Assembly (NCBI GenBank): GCA_963782435.1
Contig: CAWAKF010000032.1
Coordinates: 23,400-87,399 of the forward strand
Length of the DNA stretch: 64,000 nucleotides
Source of the DNA: an uncultured delta proteobacterium
GTDB lineage: Bacteria; Desulfobacterota; RBG-13-43-22
Reading direction: 5' to 3'
This document shows positions 42,068 through 52,719 of this stretch, in pieces. Within the stretch, counting starts at the first letter, position 1. Each line of letters begins with the position of its first letter. Under the pieces are notes generated by a model, which made no database searches, was not told the origin of the DNA, and was given only the letters and a program-made list of their open reading frames with translations. The position numbers were made by a program, and so were the translations under genes.

Positions 42068-42744
42068 CAACATCGCAAGCCGCTGATTAATCTCGTTGGC
42101 AACCTATCATACAGAAGGAATATCCAACTGAATCGCAAGTCATATGCTGACTTTCATCGTTACTCAGGCAATATCCACAATTCTGTAAAGGATTCATGAA
42201 AGAGATGGTGATCCTCTTTTTTAAAAGAATTGATTTGAGGAAAATATCCTAACATTGGCATCAATACCGACCGGGCATTAGCGCCTGGCTTTACCGAACT
42301 TCAATCCCCGACGAGTTATGCCTACGTTCAGCTAACTTTCAGTCTAAAATCATTCGCTTTCAGTCTGGTTCCCAAACAAGACTTGTAGGCGACATCTTTT
42401 ATGTTGGGTTGATGAGGCAATTTACGGAGAGATCTTTACCGCTTCTTTCTAAAGTTCTCAAAATCAAGATTTGGTTCACTATGCGGGAATTCAATCGTTA
42501 ATAAGACTGCGGTGGAAGGTAGAATATTATACATTCAGGCCGTATAGTTCATTGAATTAATACCTAAATTGAGCGATTATTTTGATCCAGAAAGTGACAG
42601 CTCAGTTTAACGAAATATTTATGACTCATAGACCTTAATTTTCCAAAGTGGAGTGAGTGTGTTTGATACAAAATGCGAAAGATGCAATTAAAGACAGATC
42701 AGAAAGAAACAGGGAACATTTTAGGGCATACCTCACCATCGATA

Positions 42745-44270
42745 TTTTTTGACAAGAAAATGAACCGAGCGGCTTTTTAGGTCTGCCCAATGGGTATGGG
42801 ATTTTCACTTTTGATCCACAAATGATAAAAATTAAGAGCCTGCCAGGCAGCTTGGGTAATTTTGAGGGTGGTTCTATCCGCATGGCGAATAATCTTTCCA
42901 GCCACATCAAGTATTTTTCGTCTCAAGGTAGTAGCGTAGCTGCTCACCCCGACTACCGGCGCACAAACATCTTCTTTAAAGGCCTCATAAATAAAAAAAC
43001 CTATCACCATAGTGAAATAAAAGGCCGCATTTTGATGAAATCGTTTAAACGGAAGCTGTTGACTGCCAAAATCTTTCAAGGCCCGGTTAACCAACTCATC
43101 TCCCCCGCGATCATGATAAGATTCTACAATGCCCCCAGGGGTCAACATCTTGCCCATTCCAGCCTCTTCCAGCCCCTTATCCAGTTCGGTCTCTCCTCCC
43201 AAATTGGTGTAGATTATCGTATCCGGACGGGCAAAGTTCAGAAGCATCTGTCTGTCTTTATAAAGAGGCCGGCAAAAAATCACTCGGCGGGCTTGATCCC
43301 AACTGTTCCGCTGGTCCATAAATTCCGTATACTCCCAGACCTGGTTCCCATTCTTATGGGAGCCCCAACACGAATGATCCATCTGGCCTACCCGCACTTT
43401 GATATCCTCGTAGAGCTTCCCGCCGCAGATATACCCCACCTTCAGCGATTCAAAAACCTTGAAAATCTTCTGGTCAAAAAAGCCACTATCCAATCGAATA
43501 ATAATCGGCACATCTTGGCGATAGTCCTTCCGGATAAAAGTCACCATACGACGGACCATCTTCTCGACATCCGTTCCATGATTAGAGTGTTTGTCCCCAC
43601 TACGGAAAAGGGCATCCACGATAAATCGACTCCAGGTCATCTGCAGGGGTTGAAACCCTTTTTCCTTCTTATAGGTCGGTTTAACTCCTTCCCGTTTCTC
43701 CGCCTCATCATTGTCCATTACCATCGTATCTATACCCAGAATGATCACCAATGGCTTCACTATTTGAAGCCGCCATCCAAAAAGCCTAAGCAACACTTGG
43801 CGAAACAAATGGGTCCAGTGAACCAAGAGGGATTGATAAAATCTCTTGACCGAATGCGAAGAAAGCATATGGTCGCTATCGGTCTCAATGGTCCTAGCAT
43901 ATCCCTCATCATTCTTAAGACTATCAAAGTAAACCAAATGTCGACTGGTCCCATCCATCAAAAAACAGAACATTTGCTTAAAAATCTCTGTCAGGGCTTG
44001 CCCTTTGCAACTCTTTCGGAGAGGGCCAAAAAGCTGCTCAATATAGGGCAACAGGGCAATGTTTCTCAAATAGCGAACATACAAAGTCAAGCCCGCTCGA
44101 CTCGTCATAACATTTCCTGTTATTCCAACAGCATCAATTTTTCGGTTGCTTTTACATCCGTCCGTGCTATTATTTTTCACGTTTCCTCCCACCCAATGGG
44201 TTCCTCGGTTATCAAGAGGTTGTTTTCCGTTCTCTTGTTATACCAAATAGTTGCCCATTTGGGTGGGTTT
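42745..44270 (-). mobile_element. IS1380-family (IS4-like DDE) insertion sequence
   Basis: 471-aa transposase at 42777..44192. Imperfect terminal repeats share acaagaRaa: ttgacaagaaaatgaacc on the left, and ggtataacaagagaacgg in reverse complement on the right. Confidence 0.55.
42777..44192 (-). CDS. IS1380-family transposase (DDE)
   Basis: Length and motifs (RLDSGFF..., C-terminal AAFYFTMV) fit IS1380/IS4-like transposases. Confidence 0.6.
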   Translation of the reverse strand: MGGNVKNNSTDGCKSNRKIDAVGITGNVMTSRAGLTLYVRYLRNIALLPYIEQLFGPLRKSCKGQALTEIFKQMFCFLMDGTSRHLVYFDSLKNDEGYARTIETDSDHMLSSHSVKRFYQSLLVHWTHLFRQVLLRLFGWRLQIVKPLVIILGIDTMVMDNDEAEKREGVKPTYKKEKGFQPLQMTWSRFIVDALFRSGDKHSNHGTDVEKMVRRMVTFIRKDYRQDVPIIIRLDSGFFDQKIFKVFESLKVGYICGGKLYEDIKVRVGQMDHSCWGSHKNGNQVWEYTEFMDQRNSWDQARRVIFCRPLYKDRQMLLNFARPDTIIYTNLGGETELDKGLEEAGMGKMLTPGGIVESYHDRGGDELVNRALKDFGSQQLPFKRFHQNAAFYFTMVIGFFIYEAFKEDVCAPVVGVSSYATTLRRKILDVAGKIIRHADRTTLKITQAAWQALNFYHLWIKSENPIPIGQT

Positions 44271-44426
44271 TTTTATGCCCAAAACGATTTTTTTAGGTAA
44301 TAGTTTCCTGCTCCAGAGGCTATTAAGCCAGAGTGTCATAGAAATGCTGTTGCCCTCTCTTAAGATCTGGTACAACCTATAGGGGCAGGTTACCCTCTCC
44401 AGTTAACTCTTTCTATCCCCGGTTAG

Positions 44427-44666
44427 TTATATAAGCCATGGTTTTCTTCTTAATCGGAGACTAAAAATAATCCATCCAATCAAGCTAAAAAGAAGGATAC
44501 CCATAAAAACTGTTTCTTGTATATTGAAATACCAATCCGGGGCCATGTCCCCCCAACCAATTACTGTGGCCAGAAAAAAATGCCAGGAAAGATTTAAAAA
44601 AACCCCCATTACAATTCCTTGGACAGTCAATACAAGTATTTTAATAATATTTTTTAAAATTGTCAT
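44427..44666 (-). CDS. Hypothetical small membrane protein (79 aa)
   Basis: Two predicted TM helices. No homology recognised. Confidence 0.25.
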   Translation of the reverse strand: MTILKNIIKILVLTVQGIVMGVFLNLSWHFFLATVIGWGDMAPDWYFNIQETVFMGILLFSLIGWIIFSLRLRRKPWLI

Positions 44667-44958
44667 TAATGCTCTTCAGGGAAACTGCCGTATAATATTA
44701 TTTTTCCGTATCCTCAAGAAAATATACCTAATATAAATGCAAGTACCTTGCCAAAACTCAGGGGAAAAGAAGAAGCTTGGAATCAGGTTTGATATCATAG
44801 GGTTGTATTAATAAGAGAGAATAGTAAAGAGAGAGGAAACTATTTTTTACCTCAATATATGGTGGAACCTCCAAATATTGAGGGGATCTTTGAGGGCTGC
44901 AGGACTGCCATCAAATAAAAAAATCTTAACAAGCAAATTTGTCAAGAGAGAATTAGGA

Positions 44959-45528
44959 TTAGGTTGTTGAAACGACCTTCAGTTTCGTAAAAACCGGTCC
45001 CCTGGCCCAGGTGCGGATAGTTTCCCAGTCTCGGAAATCGCCTTCCGGCGACTCCTTCGACTGAATGATTATCTTATTCAACCCTGAGAGGTTGTTGTAA
45101 TGCATCACTCCGGCAAAAGGTTCAATATCGACCGGCTTTACCTGGGGAATGGTTTGAAGAACAGGATCTAAAAAGGACAAGGCTTTCCGTCGATTCTCTT
45201 CCGTTGGCTGGCGCATGGTCATACAGACCATGAAATAGGCCACCGGAATCCGACTCATCACTTCTGCGTTGGCCTGCACAAAATTTACAGCCTCGGACAT
45301 CCATTTGCCCCGATAAATGGCACTGCCCACAACTACCCCTTGATAGGAGCTTAAGTTTTTTACGTTTCTTATTAGGGAAACATCTGCCTTCGCCCCCTTA
45401 CTGCATAATTCTTTCCCGATGGCCTCAGCCACACCGCCGGTGGATCCGTACTGGCTGGTGTAGGCAACTAATATTTTTTGGCCTATTTTAGTTTGAATTA
45501 GAAACCCCCACCCTAAGGGCAGGGTCAT
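44959..45528 (-). CDS. Flavodoxin-like fold protein. Its first 10 codons, including the ATG, lie inside the 275-bp repeat.
   Basis: KILVAYTSQYGSTGGVAEAIGKEL flavodoxin-type N-terminus. No in-frame start exists outside the repeat. Confidence 0.55.
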   Translation of the reverse strand: MTLPLGWGFLIQTKIGQKILVAYTSQYGSTGGVAEAIGKELCSKGAKADVSLIRNVKNLSSYQGVVVGSAIYRGKWMSEAVNFVQANAEVMSRIPVAYFMVCMTMRQPTEENRRKALSFLDPVLQTIPQVKPVDIEPFAGVMHYNNLSGLNKIIIQSKESPEGDFRDWETIRTWARGPVFTKLKVVSTT

Positions 45529-45772
45529 GTGGACTGGCTATGCCGGTCCCGAATGGGCTTGGCTGAAAGGCCATTTCTTGGCCCGTTTCGACATTCCGGG
45601 CTTGACCCGCTTCCTGCCCGTAGGCATCCAGGCCGGAGGCGGAATCCAGGGATTTCAGCTTTTCCTGGACCCCGGCCTTCGCCGGAGTGACGGCATCTAT
45701 TAGATTTTAAAGTTTAGGGTTCAGGTTTGAATCTGTTATTTTAAGCCCCCCTATGGGCGTGGATTATTTACT
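45498..45772 (+). repeat. GC-rich interspersed repeat, copy 2 (275 bp)
   Basis: Direct repeat of 39128..39430. Confidence 0.75.
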
Positions 45773-45834
45773 GGGCTCCCTTTTATTAAGTAAATGTTGA
45801 CATTCCGAATAAATCTGGCTATATTCTTCCTATA

Positions 45835-46134
45835 ATGAAATATCAGATCGTTATTGCGGAAAGTGCCAAGGAGGAGTTTAAGAAATTGGATGCCCTGTCG
45901 CGGGCCTCCTTAAAAACCGCTATGCGACCCCATCTTCAAACGGCACCAAAAGAAGTAAGCAAGAGTCGAATCAAAAGGCTAAGGGGTTTACGCCAACCTC
46001 AATATCGCTTGCGAGTGGACCGGATGCGGGTATTCTATGATGTGAACGATGGAAAAGGCCGGGTTGAAGTGTTGGGTTTTGCGATTAAACCTGAAGCGGC
46101 AAATTGGCTTCAGAAACATGGAGTGCAGAAATGA
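45835..46134 (+). CDS. RelE/ParE-family type II toxin
   Basis: YRLRVDRMRVFYDVNDGKGRVEVLGFAIK C-terminal RelE/ParE signature. Confidence 0.65.
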   Translation: MKYQIVIAESAKEEFKKLDALSRASLKTAMRPHLQTAPKEVSKSRIKRLRGLRQPQYRLRVDRMRVFYDVNDGKGRVEVLGFAIKPEAANWLQKHGVQK

Positions 46135-46376
46135 AAAGACATACGATGAGCGAAGCAAAGAACGATATTTGCAGCATTATTCGTGAAGCAGAGGCAGAAG
46201 AGGTCCTCATTACACGTCACGGGAAACCGGCGGCCATAGTGATTGGATTTCAAAACGAGGATGATTGGTTCGATTATAAAATGGAACATGATGAAAAATT
46301 TCTCAAAAGAATTGCAAGGGCCAGGGAAGAAATCAGGCAGGGGAGATATGTAGAACTGGACGAATTGCCTGATTGA
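46131..46376 (+). CDS. Phd/YefM-family antitoxin, encoded downstream of the toxin
   Basis: N-terminus MSEAKNDICSIIREAEAEEVLITRHGKPAAIVIGF matches Phd/YefM. The exact start (46104, 46131 or 46146) is uncertain. Confidence 0.6.
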   Translation: MKRHTMSEAKNDICSIIREAEAEEVLITRHGKPAAIVIGFQNEDDWFDYKMEHDEKFLKRIARAREEIRQGRYVELDELPD

Positions 46377-46591
46377 ATGTCCCCAACTTTATTGTCCCGT
46401 TTTCCCTGTCCGAAATAAATTTCCCACCGAATAATAAAATCAGCTTGAAAGGTTTAAGCCAAATGCAAATAGTTTTGCCATAGTAGCACTATACCGCAAA
46501 GTAGTAGTGTATGGAAATCATCTCGACTTGGCTTCTTTGGAGTCTGTTTGCAACTTCGTAAAAGACTTCACCTCCCCTGGTTTACCACTCA

Positions 46592-46831
46592 ATGAACAGG
46601 GTTAGCGAGTCGGGCAAAGCCCTGGCGAGGCTCGTACTTGATCCGGATGTCGAAAGGGTTTCAGGAAAGTACTTCTCCGGGATGAATGAGATACCATCTT
46701 CCAAAGAGGCGTATGATTTGGAAAAGGCGCTGGATTTGTGGAAAACGAGCATAGCGTTAGCCAAGCTCACAGGTGAGGAAACTCCGCTGTCGATACAAGA
46801 ATGCAAGATTAACGGGGACGATTCTCTTTAA
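46592..46831 (+). pseudogene. C-terminal remnant of a short-chain dehydrogenase/reductase gene
   Basis: The 79-aa ORF resembles SDR C-termini (...RVSGKYFSGMNEIPSSKEAYDLEKALDLWKTS). No N-terminal Rossmann part is present. Confidence 0.45.
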
Positions 46832-46875
46832 GGTGAAATAATAAATATCCAGAGCCGTCCCCTTTATTTATAAAC
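46814..46875 (+). repeat. 65-bp repeat (gggacgWttctctttaa...cagaRccgtcccc + T-rich), copy 1. It includes the last codons of the SDR remnant.
   Basis: Second copy at 58645..58705. The 7-bp arms gggacg/cgtccc flank a loop of about 40 nt. Confidence 0.6.
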
Positions 46876-46902
46876 TTTAGAGGAGCTTGTCGGCCGGCAC
46901 TA

Positions 46903-47820
46903 TTGGAGAGAAACTTGAGTAAAGGAACCTGGTATGCTGTGGGGGCTTATGTAATCTGGGGGTTGTTTCCGTTGTATTGGAAGGAACTCCAGCAAGTCCC
47001 GGCGCTCCAACTGCTTAGCCATCGCATTTTATGGTCGTGTCTGATACTGGTGGGTTTCCTTCTGTTTACTCGCCAGTTGAGGACCTTCCGAGCCGCCGTG
47101 TTGCCTCTGCCCGTAGTTCGTATTTACAGCGCCGCTGCATTGCTGATCGGCTTTAACTGGCTCGTTTACGTTTGGGCGGTCAATGCCGGTTTCATCATTG
47201 AGGCAAGTCTGGGCTATTTCATCAACCCGCTTCTCAGTGTTCTTCTGGGGGTTATATTCTTGCGCGAACGCCTGCGCCCTTTGCAGTGGGTCCCCATTGG
47301 ACTGGCAGCGATTGGCGTATTCTATTTGACTGTCACCTACGGCAAATTGCCCTGGATTGCCCTGACACTGGCCCTCTCTTTCGGTTTCTATGGCTTGGTT
47401 AAAAAGGCCGCTCCCCTGGGTTCACTTTACGGCTTGACTTTGGAAACCGGCCTCCTTTTTTCCCCGGCTTTGATTTTCCTCTTATATTCCAACCAGGTCG
47501 GGAAGGGGGCTTTCCTGCATACGGGTGCCGTGTCAGATCTACTAATGGTTGGAGCGGGATTAATGACGACTGTTCCGCTCCTTATGTTTACATCCGCTGT
47601 GCGGCGTATCCCGCTCTCACTGGCAGGAATTCTCCAATACATCACCCCAACGTTACAATTTCTTTGCGGTGTGATGATATATAGAGAACCGTTCACTTCT
47701 ACCCAACTCATCGGCTTTGGTATTGTGTGGAGCGCTCTGATTATCTTTGTAATGGAAGGATTTCTTACTCTACGCCGGACAGCGGAACTCCCCCAAACCC
47801 AAAAGGCCGGACCGGAATAA
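46903..47820 (+). CDS. rarD: EamA-family transporter RarD
   Basis: 10-TM DMT-superfamily layout with a RarD-like N-terminus (WYAVGAYVIWGLFPLYWK). Confidence 0.8.
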   Translation: MERNLSKGTWYAVGAYVIWGLFPLYWKELQQVPALQLLSHRILWSCLILVGFLLFTRQLRTFRAAVLPLPVVRIYSAAALLIGFNWLVYVWAVNAGFIIEASLGYFINPLLSVLLGVIFLRERLRPLQWVPIGLAAIGVFYLTVTYGKLPWIALTLALSFGFYGLVKKAAPLGSLYGLTLETGLLFSPALIFLLYSNQVGKGAFLHTGAVSDLLMVGAGLMTTVPLLMFTSAVRRIPLSLAGILQYITPTLQFLCGVMIYREPFTSTQLIGFGIVWSALIIFVMEGFLTLRRTAELPQTQKAGPE

Positions 47821-47840
47821 CGGATTGAATGGTACCCATA

Positions 47841-49400
47841 TCAGCTCCAACCCCATTTGATTCGGCCTCCCTCTTCCTCTCTCTTTATATACCCACGACT
47901 GATCAGATGCTCCAATGCCGGTTTGACGATTTCTGGGGTTTTATGGATACGCCGGGAAATCGTTTCCACTAACATCCCCAGTTCACTTCCGTTTGACTTT
48001 GGAAAGGCATCGAGGCTTTCAATCACTTCGTTGGAAAGCAGCGCGTTGACCACATCCATTTTCTGATTGCCCTGCCTCATCAATAGTTCGGTAGGAGTGC
48101 ATTGCCCTGCGGCGAATCGTTTGGCCAGATCTTCATCATCCAAACGATTTTTTTTGTTGTAATAGTCTTCAACGAATTGAACAATCTCTTGGGGGGACAA
48201 ACTCGAAGTCCTGACAATGGCCTGGTTGGCGTCAAATTTTTTCCAGTCCTGGGTGAGAAGTTGAATATCATAGTCGGCTATTTTTTCTTTCAGGGTTGTT
48301 CCGGGAAAAGGTGATAGAAAATGATATCCATAGAAGACCTCCAGTTCCTGGGCTAAATTATGGGAGTCCATCAACGTTTCATGGGTCTCTCCGGGCAGCC
48401 CCACAATAAAAGACCCAAGCACCCGCATACCCACCTCCTTGCATAAAGCAACGGCTTGTTTGATCTGATCCACCTTAATGTGTTTATTGATGCGGTCGAG
48501 CATTTCCTGGTTGCCTGATTCTATGCCGAACAATACGGTATGGCAGCCCGCGTCCTTCATGGTTTGCAAAAGTTCAAGATCGACCGAGTCGGCCCGGGCA
48601 AAAATGCTCCATCCAAAATTTAAATTTCTGGTTTTAATTTCCTCGCAAATGGCCTTGACCCGCTTTTTATTGACCGTAAAAAAATCATCGGCAAAATTGA
48701 TCTGTTCGAAACCAAATTCAATAAGGGATTGTATTTCATCCAAAATCAAAGAAATGCTGCGGGTGCGGAATTTTTGTCCCACCATTCTACTGCCTACACA
48801 AAAGATACAGCGGTTGGGACATCCCCGGCTTGTGATAATACTGGCCGGTAATCCCAGGGCCAGATATTTGGACAGGGGCAGGAGATGTCGCGGGGGCTGG
48901 GGCAGGGAGTCCAGATCGGAGATGAACTCTCTCTTCGGGGTCTTTACCAGATGTTCGTTCTCCCTAAAGGCAATACCGTTAATAGCCCCCCACTTCCCCC
49001 TGTCATGGATGACCGGGACCAGCTCGGAAATGGTTTGTTCTCCTTCACCGATAACGGCCAGATCAATTTCCGGGTGATCTTTTAAGGTGTCTTCGTAGTC
49101 GAAGGAAATATGGGGACCGCCCATGAGGGTGATGATCAGGGGATTATGATCTTTGACCGCTTTTAACAGCGAAACGGCCTCATCATGATTCATGGTAACG
49201 GAATTCGTTCCCACGATGTCCGGCCCGAAGGAATCCAGCTCTTTTTTTAATTTTTCTACCGAATAGGGCTGAACAATAAAATCCAGAATTCGGACGTTAC
49301 ATCCGGCTGTCTGAAAGGCGGCGGCGGCATAACATAGCCCAAGGGGAGGCGATGGGAACTCTTCAACAGGGTAGGGTGAGGCCAATAACAGGACATTCAT
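47841..49400 (-). CDS. B12-binding-domain radical SAM protein with a long C-terminal extension
   Basis: N-terminal B12-binding-like domain, CPNRCIFC cluster motif, and about 150 extra C-terminal residues. Confidence 0.8.
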   Translation of the reverse strand: MNVLLLASPYPVEEFPSPPLGLCYAAAAFQTAGCNVRILDFIVQPYSVEKLKKELDSFGPDIVGTNSVTMNHDEAVSLLKAVKDHNPLIITLMGGPHISFDYEDTLKDHPEIDLAVIGEGEQTISELVPVIHDRGKWGAINGIAFRENEHLVKTPKREFISDLDSLPQPPRHLLPLSKYLALGLPASIITSRGCPNRCIFCVGSRMVGQKFRTRSISLILDEIQSLIEFGFEQINFADDFFTVNKKRVKAICEEIKTRNLNFGWSIFARADSVDLELLQTMKDAGCHTVLFGIESGNQEMLDRINKHIKVDQIKQAVALCKEVGMRVLGSFIVGLPGETHETLMDSHNLAQELEVFYGYHFLSPFPGTTLKEKIADYDIQLLTQDWKKFDANQAIVRTSSLSPQEIVQFVEDYYNKKNRLDDEDLAKRFAAGQCTPTELLMRQGNQKMDVVNALLSNEVIESLDAFPKSNGSELGMLVETISRRIHKTPEIVKPALEHLISRGYIKREEEGGRIKWGWS

Positions 49401-49689
49401 TTAATCACCTATGCGAAACAGATTTTCGGTCAGTATTGGAAGTCATCCTGCTTAAAATACAGGTTCGTTAAGGAAAACGAAAGTAAAATTTTATAGGCGA
49501 TTTTAATCATATTAAATGTTACCAAAGGGGTTAAGAAGAGGCAGCGAGGCAGGGTCAGGCCTATCTTCTTATCATTTTTTTTATGACAAGAAAATAGACC
49601 ATGGGCGGCGTGAACTTCCCGCTTCGGGGGATCCGGTCTAAACGTCCTGAAGGGGTAACGGCTTCTTATTACTGGTCTGGATACCTGAC

Positions 49690-52143
<2,454 letters not shown>

Positions 52144-52355
52144 TCGCCGCATAAACGTCTTCGAGGGATTCTAACAGGGCGTCAAAAAAACGGTCAGTTA
52201 ACAACCGGTTCCAGCGGACGGCGTACCGCCTCCGCTGAACCGGAACGTGGTTTCGGTCTCGGAATCGGTAAGGAGGCTGAAGGATGGACGGAATACGCAG
52301 TGAAGTTTTTGGAAAAACACATATCTATGTGAGAGCCATGTTCATAATGGGAATT

Positions 52356-52454
52356 GGGAACGCCCTTTGTATATTTGCATTTGATTAAGAAAATTTGATT
52401 AAGGGGTGATTTTCGAAAAGTAATATTGAATGTAAATATACAAAGGGCGTTCCC
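52356..52454. repeat. MITE-like inverted-repeat element, copy 1 (about 100 bp; about 30-bp arms gggaacgccctttgtatatttgcatttgatt)
   Basis: Near-perfect terminal inverted repeats around a 40-nt AT-rich spacer. Second copy at 59624..59722 with the same spacer. Confidence 0.65.
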
Positions 52455-52719
52455 TTGATACGCTTTGGTAATTTACTTTTTTTCCAGTGTCCCCATCTCC
52501 AAACGGCGATTGAACATAACAACTCCCGGAGTTGTATATACTGTGAGGAGTGGAGAAAGTATCGCTAAAGAGTTTAATTATAGCCTATTAGATTGAGTTA
52601 TTTACTTATTTAAGGACGTCCCTAAGTACACATTTTACTCATTTGGAGATGATGGAATATTCGTGGGCAGATTTTAAAATCTTTTGACAGTTTGACTGAC
52701 GAATCACTCTCTGCTGAAT

